Shown piece by piece: positions 1 through 9,035 of a DNA stretch of 58,242 nucleotides. The stretch spans positions 1-58,242 of the forward strand of contig CAYSID010000002.1 of NCBI GenBank assembly GCA_964431075.1. Direction: 5' to 3'. The notes below the pieces were generated by a model. That model was given only the letters and a program-made list of their open reading frames with translations. It was not told where the DNA came from and did no database searches. Numbering within the stretch: position 1 is the first letter of the stretch; each line of letters starts with the position of its first letter. This DNA is from an uncultured Gammaproteobacteria bacterium (lineage in GTDB: Bacteria; Patescibacteriota; Microgenomatia; JAMCZE01). A program made the position numbers and the translations under genes.

Positions 1-585
1 CACCTTTTGAGTGACAAAACCCATACCCCGCCGCGGACTTTCATGGTTAAATAAAATACCGCAGGCAATATACATCTTGTAACTGTCACGATAAATACGT
101 GCTAGATTGTGGGCCAATAATTTAAACGAAGCATAGGGATTCGCTGGGTAGAAGGGAGTGGTTTCTGATTGGGGAATTTCCACAGGTTTCCCATACATTT
201 CCGAAGATGAAGCCTGATAGATTTTACATGGAATACCGACTTGTCTTACAGCGTCAAAAAGCCGCAACGGCCCATGTCCAGTGACTTCCAATGTCTGACT
301 GGTGGTACGCCAGGATTCGGCAACATGCGATTGAGCTCCAAGATTATAAATTTCGTCCGGTTGATTATTCTTTATTGCCTCAACAAGAGATACGGGATCG
401 GTCAAATCTCCCTTAACAAGTTTTATACTGGTTAGGAGGTGAGTAATATTGTTTGGTAGGTCATGAGAGCTTCGGCGGTAAAGCCCAATAACTTGGTAAT
501 TTTTTTTCAAAAGAAACTCAGAAAGATAAGCACCGTCTTGCCCGGTGATCCCGGTAATAATTGCCGTTTTTTTCTTGTTTGCCAC
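1..585 (-). CDS. gmd: GDP-mannose 4,6-dehydratase, N-terminal 195 codons (gene continues beyond the left edge)
   Basis: Not in the ORF track (GTG start at 585-583, runs off the window). My minus-strand translation reads VANKKKTAIITGITGQDGAYLSEFLLKKNYQVIGLYRRSS...YQASSSEMYGKP...NPYASFKL...GILFNHESPRRG. It has the GxTGxxG Rossmann motif, a YxxxK catalytic motif and the LFNHESPRRG signature typical of Gmd. Confidence 0.85.
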   Translation of the reverse strand, partial: MANKKKTAIITGITGQDGAYLSEFLLKKNYQVIGLYRRSSHDLPNNITHLLTSIKLVKGDLTDPVSLVEAIKNNQPDEIYNLGAQSHVAESWRTTSQTLEVTGHGPLRLFDAVRQVGIPCKIYQASSSEMYGKPVEIPQSETTPFYPANPYASFKLLAHNLARIYRDSYKMYIACGILFNHESPRRGMGFVTQKV

Positions 586-634
586 AGTTTTATTATAAGT
601 AATAATGGTGTAAAATCAAGATGTTAGTTTGGGC

Positions 635-663
635 TTGACAGTTAGCAAATGGGGTGATAGAGT
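635..663 (+). promoter_or_regulatory. sigma70-type promoter candidate for lon (TTGACA - 17 nt - TAGAGT)
   Basis: TTGACA at 635-640, a 17-nt spacer, TAGAGT at 658-663, about 35 nt upstream of the lon ATG. Confidence 0.5.
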
Positions 664-668
664 GCTAG
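642..668. promoter_or_regulatory. CIRCE-like inverted repeat (candidate HrcA operator) overlapping the lon promoter
   Basis: TTAGCAAAT-N9-GAGTGCTAG against the CIRCE consensus TTAGCACTC-N9-GAGTGCTAA. The right arm matches 8/9, the left arm 6/9, and the 9-nt spacer is exact. Confidence 0.45.
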
Positions 669-698
669 GACGTACTGTTAGTTTAGTTAATTATTAAT

Positions 699-3098
699 AT
701 GGAAACAAAAATTATTCCGGTGTGCCCTTTACGGGATATGCCTATGTTTCCCCGAATGGAAACGGTGCTGTATTTTGGCCGGCCGAAAGCTGTGGCTGCC
801 ATTAAAGCGGCCTTCGAATCGGAAAAGCTCATTTTTGTGGTTTTTCAAAAAAATCTCCAAGCGGTTGACCCCACGCCTGAAGACTTGCACAAAGTTGGGG
901 TGGTTTGCCAAATAAAGCACGTTTTGTTTGAAGAAAACGGCGAGGTTTCAGTTTTGATTTCGGCCCTTTACCGGGCCAGAGTCGAGGCTTACCAAAGCTT
1001 TGATCATTTTCAAATTGCGACCGTCGTCCCTTTTAATGAGGAGATCAAGGCGACAGACGAAGACATTCTTCTTGGCAACCATATCGTGAATTTACTTTCG
1101 ACTGCCCTGCGGATCGGCAAGCCCTTCGACTTTTTGATTGTCATGCGGGTAATGTCCGGAATTACCCCCAACGAGCTAATCGACCTTGTCGCCCCGATGT
1201 TGGCGGAAAAAGGCGACGTCAAACAGCGAATCCTTGAAGAGTCAAGTCTTAAGCCCCGGCTAAATTTAATTATCGATTCCCTCACTAAAGAAATAAAGAA
1301 TTCCGAAGTGGAGAAAAGTTTAGCCATGAGAATGCAGCAGCAACTGGATAAAAACGCCAAGGAACACCTTTTAATGGAGAAGAAAAGGGCCATTGAGGAA
1401 GAGTTGGGAGAGGAAGATGACGAAAAATCAGAAGTTAAAGAATTCAAAGAGAAGCTGGCTAATTCCCAGGCTCCGGCAGGCGTCGTTAAAAAAGTGGAAA
1501 AGGAGATTAAGAAATTTGAAAAAATGAGCAACATGAATCCGGAGAAGGGATGGGTGCGCAATTGGCTGGAGTGGATATTGGACATGCCCTGGATCAAAGT
1601 TTCGCCTAATAACGCCGACATTAAACGGGCTGAAGAAATTCTTAATGAAGATCATTTTGGTCTGGAAAAAGTCAAGGAACGGGTAGTGGAGCATTTGGCT
1701 GTACTAAAGCTTCAGCATGAAAATTCCGAAAGCGAAGAAGATCTCCCGGCTGAGGAATCGTCCGCCAAGACGACTTTACCGGGAGCGAAATTGGCCAAGA
1801 AAAAACTGACCATGCCGACGATTTTGTGTTTTGTCGGGCCGCCGGGGGTAGGAAAAACCTCGATTGGCAAGTCCATTGCTAAGGCCTTGGGTAGAGAGTT
1901 TGTTCGGGTGTCGTTAGGCGGAGTCCGTGATGAAGCAGAAATCCGGGGCCACAGAAGAACATACGTCGGAGCCCTTCCCGGCCGGATTATCCAGGGAATG
2001 AAAGAGGCGGGGACAAAAAATCCTGTGTTTATGCTTGATGAAGTGGACAAACTGGGGGCGGATTTTCGCGGCGATCCCTCCGCCGCGCTTCTGGAGGCTC
2101 TTGATCCGGAACAAAACGTTGAGTTCACGGATCATTATTTGGATGTTCCCTTTGATCTGTCTCGGGTCATGTTTATTACCACCGCTAATTTATTGGATAC
2201 CATTCCTTCGGCCTTGCTTGACCGTTTGGAAGTGATTGAGTTTCCCGGTTACACGTTGGAAGAAAAGTTTCAAATTGCCAAAAAATATTTGTGGCCCAAA
2301 CAAAAAGAGATAAACGGCCTGAAGGGTAAGATGATCACTCTTGACGATGCCGCCTTGCGGGTTATTATTACCCGCTATACTTACGAAGCGGGGGTAAGAA
2401 ATTTAGAGCGGGAATGCGCCAGGATAATGCGTAAAATCGCCAAAAAAATTACTCAAGGAAAAATAACGGGGGATATTACCATTTCTGAAAGTGATTTACC
2501 GAGTTACCTCGGAGCCTTTAAATTTACCTCAACCGTTGCTGAACGCAAAGATGAGGTCGGGTTGGCCACGGGGTTATTTTGGAGTCAGGCGGGCGGAGGG
2601 ATTTTGTTAATTGAAGTAGCTATCATGCCAGGCAAGGGAACATTAACTTTGACCGGCCATTTGGGCGAAGTAATGCAGGAGTCGGCCCGGGCAGCTTTGT
2701 CCTATATTCGGTCGCACCACAAGGACCTTGGTCTTGACGCCAAGATATTTCAAAAAATTGATGTTCATATTCATGTCCCCGAAGGAGCGCGGCCAAAAGA
2801 CGGCCCATCGGCGGGGGTAGCCATAACGGCTGCTTTGGCCTCGGCTTTAACTAAGAGGCCGGTTAACCGGTTTGTGGGAATGACTGGGGAAGTGACTTTG
2901 CGCGGCCGGGTTTTGGAGATCGGAGGAGTCAAGGAAAAAATTGTCGGAGCTCATCTGGCCGGGATTAAAAAAATAATTCTGCCAAAACATAATAAGAAGG
3001 ACTTGGAAGAAATCCCCGAATATGTTACAAAGGATCTACAGTTTATTTTTGCCGAGTCGGTCGACGAGGTCTTAAAAGAAGCGCTGTTAGAAAAATGA
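699..3098 (+). CDS. lon: ATP-dependent Lon protease (LonA type)
   Basis: 799 aa with an N-terminal LON substrate-binding domain. AAA+ Walker A GPPGVGKTS, Walker B MLDEVDK, catalytic serine motif PKDGPSAG and downstream GGVKEKI lysine. Confidence 0.97.
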   Translation: METKIIPVCPLRDMPMFPRMETVLYFGRPKAVAAIKAAFESEKLIFVVFQKNLQAVDPTPEDLHKVGVVCQIKHVLFEENGEVSVLISALYRARVEAYQSFDHFQIATVVPFNEEIKATDEDILLGNHIVNLLSTALRIGKPFDFLIVMRVMSGITPNELIDLVAPMLAEKGDVKQRILEESSLKPRLNLIIDSLTKEIKNSEVEKSLAMRMQQQLDKNAKEHLLMEKKRAIEEELGEEDDEKSEVKEFKEKLANSQAPAGVVKKVEKEIKKFEKMSNMNPEKGWVRNWLEWILDMPWIKVSPNNADIKRAEEILNEDHFGLEKVKERVVEHLAVLKLQHENSESEEDLPAEESSAKTTLPGAKLAKKKLTMPTILCFVGPPGVGKTSIGKSIAKALGREFVRVSLGGVRDEAEIRGHRRTYVGALPGRIIQGMKEAGTKNPVFMLDEVDKLGADFRGDPSAALLEALDPEQNVEFTDHYLDVPFDLSRVMFITTANLLDTIPSALLDRLEVIEFPGYTLEEKFQIAKKYLWPKQKEINGLKGKMITLDDAALRVIITRYTYEAGVRNLERECARIMRKIAKKITQGKITGDITISESDLPSYLGAFKFTSTVAERKDEVGLATGLFWSQAGGGILLIEVAIMPGKGTLTLTGHLGEVMQESARAALSYIRSHHKDLGLDAKIFQKIDVHIHVPEGARPKDGPSAGVAITAALASALTKRPVNRFVGMTGEVTLRGRVLEIGGVKEKIVGAHLAGIKKIILPKHNKKDLEEIPEYVTKDLQFIFAESVDEVLKEALLEK

Positions 3099-3415
3099 GC
3101 GAAAAAATTACCGGCTATTTGTTATTAATAATTGGCGTGGGAATTATTATTCTTGCCCTGCTAAACGGGTACGGGATTTTTTCGGGGGTCCTTGATCCCG
3201 TGCAGTTTTTTAATTTCTCTCCAATGTCTATTGATTTGGGACAAACCAAACAGGAATTGTTTTCCGGCCAGGATCTGTCTCAATCAACCAATTTCTTTTT
3301 GCATTTAATTTTGCTGGGCTTTTTTGCCAACATCGGTTTCAAACTTGCCACTCTCGGCGTCCAACTTTTACGGCCAATAAAAATCGAGGTTAAGGATAAT
3401 AAGGTTATCCAATAA
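3095..3415 (+). CDS. small integral membrane protein, unknown function
   Basis: 106 aa. ATGA overlap with the lon stop. Two long hydrophobic segments (LLLIIGVGIIILALL, FFLHLILLGFFANIGF). Confidence 0.55.
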   Translation: MSEKITGYLLLIIGVGIIILALLNGYGIFSGVLDPVQFFNFSPMSIDLGQTKQELFSGQDLSQSTNFFLHLILLGFFANIGFKLATLGVQLLRPIKIEVKDNKVIQ

Positions 3416-3416
3416 C

Positions 3417-3830
3417 ATGGATCCACAGGAAGAAGATATCAAAAATCAGGCAGAAGAAATTGTGACCATTACGAATTTGGTGCAGACTTATATGGGGGCG
3501 GCGGCTCGGTTAAAAAATGAACTGCTGGAGAATAAGGAGGTCTTGGAGGACACGTTCGCTAACGATGCACGGTACATGGAAGTCAACGAGAAAGTCAAGT
3601 CCGCGGCTAAAGAGAAGAAACAGATCAAGGCGGAATTATTAAAAAATCCCCAAGCCTTGGCTTTGTCCCAGAAGATAAAAGACCTGTCGCAGGAACTTAA
3701 AGAAGCCCAACAGATGTTATCGGGCTACCTTGGCGATTACCAACGCTTAACGGCGGCCACCGAGATTGAAGACGCCGAAGGCCACTTGATGCGAATTATT
3801 ACTTTGACGAAATTAGTCCGATCAAAATAA
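3417..3830 (+). CDS. hypothetical coiled-coil protein
   Basis: 137 aa, starts 1 nt after the previous stop. Charged, heptad-like composition with no recognisable motif. Confidence 0.5.
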   Translation: MDPQEEDIKNQAEEIVTITNLVQTYMGAAARLKNELLENKEVLEDTFANDARYMEVNEKVKSAAKEKKQIKAELLKNPQALALSQKIKDLSQELKEAQQMLSGYLGDYQRLTAATEIEDAEGHLMRIITLTKLVRSK

Positions 3831-4545
3831 TCCCCAAACCAAAAAAGAACAACTGTTTGGCGGTTTTGTTTTTGTCCGGGCAACAGGCGTTTAGCTCCGG
3901 AGTAAGATCGGCAAGGGTAATGTAGAGAAAATTACCGGCAGCGAAGGCCAATAAACCAGTATTTAGTATCTGGAATCTAGTATTTAGGGAATAGGTAAAA
4001 ACCGCTCCCAATAGCGCGAAACAGGCGGAGAGAATATTTAGAAGTAAAGTTTGCCGCTTGGAGGCACCGTGAGAAAGCAGAATTCCGAAATCAACCAGTT
4101 CATGGGGAATTTCGTGCAGAAAAACCGCTAAAGAGGTCGTCATTCCAAGAGCCGGGCTGGCTATAAATGCCGCGGCAATAGCCACTCCGTCCAAAAAATT
4201 GTGAACCGAATCCCCAATTGTGATTAACCAAACAGCGGGTCTCACTTTATTATGGGGTTCGTGATGATGGTGGTACCAGAGCAGGGTTTTTTCCAACAGA
4301 AACAAGGCTAAAACTCCGGCAAAGAACCATAAAGAAAATACCCGAACGCTTGCCATTTCGGTGATGGCTTCGGGGATCAAATCAAAAAAGGCGGTGGCCA
4401 AAAGAGCTCCGGCGGCAAAAGCGATTATCACCTGAGTTCTCTCATGATCAAATTCTCCTTTATGCTTAGTCAACAACAGCACGCCCCCGGCGAGGGATAG
4501 AATGCTGGCGGCAAAAACTGCTAAAAGGATAAAGATCAACACCAC
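3799..4545 (-). CDS. ZIP family divalent metal transporter (ZupT-like)
   Basis: 248 aa, multi-pass membrane protein. Has an HHHHEPH loop and the conserved HNFLDGVAIAAAF and HEIPHELVDFGILL ZIP signatures. Confidence 0.85.
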   Translation of the reverse strand: MVLIFILLAVFAASILSLAGGVLLLTKHKGEFDHERTQVIIAFAAGALLATAFFDLIPEAITEMASVRVFSLWFFAGVLALFLLEKTLLWYHHHHEPHNKVRPAVWLITIGDSVHNFLDGVAIAAAFIASPALGMTTSLAVFLHEIPHELVDFGILLSHGASKRQTLLLNILSACFALLGAVFTYSLNTRFQILNTGLLAFAAGNFLYITLADLTPELNACCPDKNKTAKQLFFFGLGIILIGLISSK

Positions 4546-4742
4546 TATATTTTAACAGATATTACTTGAAAACCAGTGGAAAGCACATTACGATAGTGAT
4601 GACGAGTCAGATGCCGAAGTTTATAAAATGATGGAAGAAACTTTCAACGACAAAATAAAGGCGATCTTTGACACACAGACTTTCTTGTAAAATTTAAGTC
4701 CTTGTAAAGTGTCTAATTATTTTTAGATCGGAGGTGAGAACA

Positions 4743-5042
4743 ATGAGAGGATTTGTAGATTTTATAAGGGAACAGGGCGTGGTAGGACTGGCTGTGGGTT
4801 TTATTTTAGGCGGGGCTGTTTCAAAACTGGTTGCCTCGTTAGTAGCTGATATCATTAATCCATTTTTAGGCCTAGTTTTAGGGGCGGCGGGGAATCTTAA
4901 TGATGCATATTTAATAATTGGCTCGGCCAAAGTTATGTTTGGCAGTTTTGTGGCGACGGTGATTGACTTTTTAGTCGTTGCCTTGGTCGTCTATTATGGG
5001 GTAAAATTACTAAAGCTTGACCGGTTGGACAAGAAGAAGTAA
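4743..5042 (+). CDS. mscL: large-conductance mechanosensitive channel
   Basis: MRGFVDFIREQGVVGLAVGFILGGA is the classic MscL N-terminus. GGAGG at 4730-4734 favours the ATG at 4743 over the track start at 4734 (GTG). Confidence 0.85.
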   Translation: MRGFVDFIREQGVVGLAVGFILGGAVSKLVASLVADIINPFLGLVLGAAGNLNDAYLIIGSAKVMFGSFVATVIDFLVVALVVYYGVKLLKLDRLDKKK

Positions 5043-5785
5043 TGAAGAAGATATTTGTGGGGCTGGTTATATTAATAATTTTGATTGCCGGGGTCGGTGG
5101 CTATTTTATTTTGTTTGCCGGCAAGCCAAAAGATTTGGGAATTCGTTACACCGAAGATGACAGGACATCGGCGCGGGCTAAAAGTAAAATTGAATATGAA
5201 GCCTTACCGGAGACTACGCCGGTGACGGAAAGTATCCAGCGGTTTGGTACTCGCGAGGTAACGGCAGAATTTTCCTCGGCGGAAGTAACGGCTCTTATGA
5301 ATAACCGTCCGTGGCGATTTTGGCCCTATGCTAATGTTCAAGTAAAACTTAACGGTGATGGTTCCGGAGAAATTTCCGGTACCCTGATAAAGGATAGGCT
5401 TCCCGGCTATTTAACCTTTATTGGCGTTCCACAAGAAGCAGCTGATTTTATTATAAAATTTCTGCCGGCCAATCCCAGTTTTTATTTAAAAATTGTGGCT
5501 TCGGTGGAAAATAATCAAGTGGCCCTTTTTGATCCCAAAGCTCTGGAAGTAAATGGTCTGCCATTACCGGTTGGCCAGCTGTTATCTTTTATAAGGCCGG
5601 CCTACGCTGCCGATTCTGACATGTTGTCAGATCTTTCAAAAGTTAAAAACAAAAAATCGCTAATTATCAGTTTTATAAATAAACATCTAAACAAGAAAGG
5701 GTTTTTCGCTAAAAGGGCCTACGTTGCCGAAAATAAACTTATTTTTGACGGAAATCTTGTGGAAAAGGAAGCCACCCTTCGCTAA
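5042..5785 (+). CDS. membrane-anchored hypothetical protein
   Basis: 247 aa. ATG overlaps the mscL stop (TAATG). Single N-terminal TM helix and no recognisable domain. Confidence 0.55.
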   Translation: MKKIFVGLVILIILIAGVGGYFILFAGKPKDLGIRYTEDDRTSARAKSKIEYEALPETTPVTESIQRFGTREVTAEFSSAEVTALMNNRPWRFWPYANVQVKLNGDGSGEISGTLIKDRLPGYLTFIGVPQEAADFIIKFLPANPSFYLKIVASVENNQVALFDPKALEVNGLPLPVGQLLSFIRPAYAADSDMLSDLSKVKNKKSLIISFINKHLNKKGFFAKRAYVAENKLIFDGNLVEKEATLR

Positions 5786-6023
5786 GAAGCAGTTTTAGTT
5801 TCCCTTTTGATCCTCCGGTTCCGGAATAACCGCCAACGGATCCGTCAGACTTGATTACCCGGTGGCAGGGGACGCGGGGGGCAAACGGATTGGTTTTCAT
5901 AAAATAGCCCACCGCTCGTGCCGCTTTTGGCTTCCCCGCGGCGGTTGCCACTTCTTTATAGCTCATCACCGACCCTTTGGGGATCTTCGTGACCACGTCA
6001 TAGACTTTATCTCTAAAGGTCAT
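5739..6023 (-). CDS. MGMT-family methylated-DNA--protein-cysteine methyltransferase (short, active-site domain only)
   Basis: MTFRDKVYDVVTKIPKGSVMSYKEVA...PCHRVI. PCHRV is the alkyl-acceptor cysteine motif. The track ORF (5739..6266) is over-extended and runs antisense through tRNA-Gln, so I start at the Met at 6023. Confidence 0.75.
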   Translation of the reverse strand: MTFRDKVYDVVTKIPKGSVMSYKEVATAAGKPKAARAVGYFMKTNPFAPRVPCHRVIKSDGSVGGYSGTGGSKGKLKLLLSEGWLPFPQDFRQK

Positions 6024-6044
6024 TGGGGTATAATTATAACGTAT

Positions 6045-6115
6045 TCCGGCGTCGTATAACGGTAGTACCTTGGACTCTGAATCCAAGTATCTTCGTTCGA
6101 ATCGAAGCGCCGGAG
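6045..6115 (+). tRNA. tRNA-Gln (anticodon CUG)
   Basis: Hand-folded cloverleaf. Acceptor TCCGGCG/CGCCGGA with the bacterial tRNA-Gln U1-A72 pair. D stem GTAT/GTAC with loop AACGGTA. Anticodon stem TTGGA/TCCAA with loop CTCTGAA. T arm CTTCG-TTCGAAT-CGAAG. CCA is not encoded. Confidence 0.9.
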
Positions 6116-6169
6116 CATAACAAAGGGCTAATTTAATTATGGCAGATTCGCCATAGTTAAAATCTTTAG

Positions 6170-6421
6170 ATGGATTATTTAGTTTACATTCTTCGGACTT
6201 CGAAAAGCACGTTATATGTTGGGCAGACAAATAATTTAGAAAAAAGACTTTTGGAACATAAAGCAAAATCTTCTAAGGGTTCAAAATATATGAACGCCTT
6301 TGCGGATTTTAAATTAGTTTACACGGAAAAGTTTATGTCCAGAAGTGAAGCCATGAAACGAGAATATGCTATTAAACAATTAACTAAAAAACAAAAAGAA
6401 GAATTGGCGTATACTAAATGA
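6170..6421 (+). CDS. GIY-YIG nuclease family protein (UPF0213-like)
   Basis: 83 aa. YLVYILRTSKSTLYVGQTNNLEKRLLEH matches the GIY...YVG...N...R..EH core of small stand-alone GIY-YIG proteins. Confidence 0.8.
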   Translation: MDYLVYILRTSKSTLYVGQTNNLEKRLLEHKAKSSKGSKYMNAFADFKLVYTEKFMSRSEAMKREYAIKQLTKKQKEELAYTK

Positions 6422-6612
6422 ATATGGAAAACATAATTGCAAATTTGAGTTTGGTTCTAATCCCTTTAGCAATTTTTGATGTTGTGATGAGGGGGGTTGC
6501 TTTGTGGCAGGCGGCGCAAAACAAACAACGCAACTGGTTTATTGCGTTGTTGATTGTCAATTCTCTCGGAATTCTCCCTCTTGTTTATTTAAAATTCTTC
6601 CAGAAAAAATAA
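6418..6612 (+). CDS. small two-helix membrane protein
   Basis: 64 aa. ATGA overlap with the upstream gene. Two hydrophobic helices flank WQAAQNKQRNW. Confidence 0.5.
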   Translation: MNMENIIANLSLVLIPLAIFDVVMRGVALWQAAQNKQRNWFIALLIVNSLGILPLVYLKFFQKK

Positions 6613-6620
6613 AACCAAAA

Positions 6621-6648
6621 CCCCCGCTTGGGGCGGGGGAGAGTTTTG
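6621..6648. terminator. bidirectional intrinsic terminator between convergent genes
   Basis: CCCCCGC-TTGGG-GCGGGGG hairpin, T-rich on the + side (agagtttt) and T-rich on the - side (ttttggtttt). Confidence 0.6.
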
Positions 6649-6665
6649 ACCGGCTGCGGAAATGG

Positions 6666-7079
6666 TTAGCGGGTTTGCCCCTTAAACTCCGGATTGATTT
6701 GCACGCTTTGGGCGGCGACTGATCCATCGGCGTTTGTTTGACCAAAAACCGCAACTGTCGCCCCGGTTATTAAATCGGCCGCACTGGCTGTGGCGGCCTT
6801 ATTAATGGCTGTCGTTGGCGACAACATGACAATTTTTGAACTGCCATTGTTTAATTTTACAGTAATGGTGTTGTCACCGACGGCAATTATTTCTCCGGCC
6901 ACCGGTCGGAAACCGTTTCCCATCATCCGGTTGCCATTATTACTTTGGTTTACCATTAATTGGCGGTTGACAAAAGCGGGCCTTTGATTTTCCTGATATT
7001 TCATCCCGCCAAAAAAACCAGTCCCGGCGCCAATAATTAGCGTTAAAACGGCAATTATTATTAAATTTGTGTTTTTCAT
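6666..7079 (-). CDS. secreted/membrane-anchored hypothetical protein (last gene of the efflux operon)
   Basis: 137 aa with an N-terminal TM/signal helix. The beta-rich C-terminus (ITVKLNNGSSKIVML...ATVAVFGQTNADGSVAAQSVQI) matches no motif I can name with confidence. Confidence 0.55.
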   Translation of the reverse strand: MKNTNLIIIAVLTLIIGAGTGFFGGMKYQENQRPAFVNRQLMVNQSNNGNRMMGNGFRPVAGEIIAVGDNTITVKLNNGSSKIVMLSPTTAINKAATASAADLITGATVAVFGQTNADGSVAAQSVQINPEFKGQTR

Positions 7080-7136
7080 ATTTTCACCTACTCTCTTTTG
7101 TTATACTACACAGTTTTACTGAATTGTTACTGAATT

Positions 7137-8360
7137 TTATTCATACCTTAACGCTTCTATCGGTTGCATCTGCGAAGCCTTGTGGGCCGGATACCAGCCA
7201 AAAACAATGCCGATTCCCGCGGAGACCGCAAAGGCAAGCAGAACTGATGGGAGCGAAACCACAAACAGGGAACTTGTTAGGTTGGCAATTATATATGAAG
7301 TAATAATGCCGACGATGATGCCAACAACACCTCCGGAAAATGTCAAAATGAGGCTTTCGGTCAAAAATTGATAAATAATTATTTTTTTCTTGGCGCCAAG
7401 AGCTTTTCTTAACCCGATTTCTCGAGTCCTTTCGGTAACCGTGACGAGCATGATATTCATAATTCCAATTCCCCCGACTAAAAGAGAAATAGCGGCGATT
7501 CCGGACAGTAGCGCGGTAAAAGTTCCGGTTGTTGATGTGGCCGCGCTTAAAATATCCGCTTGGGACATTATGGAAAAATCTGCCAATGACGGGTCAAAGA
7601 GGCGATGCCTTTCGAGCAATAAATACCCGACTTCATTTTGAGCTTCCACCATTACTTCAGAATTTGCGGCTTCGAGGGCGATGGAAGTCAGATAATTTGA
7701 ACCAAATAATTGCTTTTGGGCCGTTGATAGAGGAACAAAAATAATATCATCCTGATTCATAAATCCCGAGCCGCCTTTAGCTGTTGTCACTCCGATAACG
7801 ATAAATGTTTGGTTACCAATTCTTATTGTTTTACCAAGCGGGTCGAAATTTTCCCCGAATAAATCAGCGACCGCCTGTGGTCCAAGGACGGCAGTTTTAT
7901 TTAAATTGTCAACGTCTCTTTGAGAGATAAAAACCCCCGAAGACAAGTTTATTTTGTGGACCTCGGCGTAAACGGGAGTTACTCCAATAATTTGCGTGTT
8001 TGTGTTTTTGCCGCCGGCGATAACCTGCGACCGCCGGGAGAATTCCGGGGAGACATTTTTTATCGTCGTGACTTTTCCCGAGGCGAGAATTGCCGCTGCG
8101 TCGTCATTAGTCAAAGTTGTTCCGCCGCCGGCCGCGCCCCGAACCGCTCCCGATCTTTGCCCGCCGGGTTGAACCGTCAGTAAATTTGCCCCGAGAGACC
8201 GAATTTGATTTTGTATTGATTGTTGGGAGGCCTGGCCCAAAGAAACAAGAGCGATAACCGAACCAATACCGATAACAATTCCCAGGACCGCCAGTCCGGT
8301 TCTCATTTTGTTAACCATCATTGTTTGTAACGATTCGGTTATTAGCTCAAAATAATCCAT
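7137..8360 (-). CDS. ABC transporter permease, MacB/FtsX family
   Basis: 407 aa. N-terminal TM, large periplasmic domain, then a C-terminal FtsX-type 3-TM bundle (RTREIGLRKALGAKK). Confidence 0.9.
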   Translation of the reverse strand: MDYFELITESLQTMMVNKMRTGLAVLGIVIGIGSVIALVSLGQASQQSIQNQIRSLGANLLTVQPGGQRSGAVRGAAGGGTTLTNDDAAAILASGKVTTIKNVSPEFSRRSQVIAGGKNTNTQIIGVTPVYAEVHKINLSSGVFISQRDVDNLNKTAVLGPQAVADLFGENFDPLGKTIRIGNQTFIVIGVTTAKGGSGFMNQDDIIFVPLSTAQKQLFGSNYLTSIALEAANSEVMVEAQNEVGYLLLERHRLFDPSLADFSIMSQADILSAATSTTGTFTALLSGIAAISLLVGGIGIMNIMLVTVTERTREIGLRKALGAKKKIIIYQFLTESLILTFSGGVVGIIVGIITSYIIANLTSSLFVVSLPSVLLAFAVSAGIGIVFGWYPAHKASQMQPIEALRYE

Positions 8361-8365
8361 GAATT

Positions 8366-9034
8366 TTAAATTACTTTTCCGTCCTTAATATGTATTATTC
8401 TTTGGGCATATTTGGCGATGTCTTCTTCATGAGTGATAACAACAATTGTGTGACCCTCGCTGTGCAATTTGTTAAAGATTTTCATAATTTCCTTGGCTTG
8501 GTTTGAAGCAATATTTCCCGTGGGCTCGTCGGCAAGAATTAACGCGGGGTTTAAAACCAGCGCCCGGGCGATGGCGACCCGCTGTTGTTGTCCGCCCGAT
8601 AGTTGATTGGACAAATGATCCATCCGGTCTTCAAGGCCAACCATCTTTAGATATTTTTTCGCCGTTAATTCCCGGTCTTCTTTGGGGAGACCGGCGTAAA
8701 CCATGGGCAACATCACGTTTTTTAAAGCGGTTGCCCGCGGCAGTAAGTTGTATGATTGAAAAACAAAGCCGATTTTGCGATTCCTGATGTTGGCAAGCTC
8801 ATCATCTGTTAAATTTTCAACGTTTTCCCCGTCCAAAATATATTTGCCGGAACTGGGTTTGTCCAATGCTCCGAGGATATGCATTAATGTCGATTTTCCC
8901 GATCCGGAGGGTCCCATAATCGCCACGAATTCCCCCCGGTTAATTTCAAAAGAAATGTCGGACAGAGCGATTGTTTTAACCGGGCTCGTCCCATAAATTT
9001 TGGAGATATTAATTATTTTGATAAGCGAAGTCAT
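8366..9034 (-). CDS. ABC transporter ATP-binding protein (MacB/LolD-like)
   Basis: Walker [10 protein letters not shown], signature [15 protein letters not shown], Walker [10 protein letters not shown]. Confidence 0.95.
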   Translation of the reverse strand: MTSLIKIINISKIYGTSPVKTIALSDISFEINRGEFVAIMGPSGSGKSTLMHILGALDKPSSGKYILDGENVENLTDDELANIRNRKIGFVFQSYNLLPRATALKNVMLPMVYAGLPKEDRELTAKKYLKMVGLEDRMDHLSNQLSGGQQQRVAIARALVLNPALILADEPTGNIASNQAKEIMKIFNKLHSEGHTIVVITHEEDIAKYAQRIIHIKDGKVI

Positions 9035-9035
9035 G

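Noticed and set aside
1010-1621. Long antisense track ORFs inside well-supported genes. Examples: 1010..1621 and 1712..2128 in lon, 25914..26390 in the DUF3048 gene, 41318..41830 in hsdR, 27534..27956 opposite the SurA-like gene, 17671..18000 opposite aspS.
   Set aside because: They have low-complexity or compositionally odd translations with no motifs. Each is fully embedded opposite a gene with strong family signatures, so they are treated as shadow ORFs.
5739-6266. 175-aa track ORF that could be read as a long MGMT protein.
   Set aside because: Its N-terminal 80 codons run antisense straight through a well-folding tRNA-Gln (6045-6115). The conserved MGMT domain starts at the Met at 6023, so only 5739..6023 is called.
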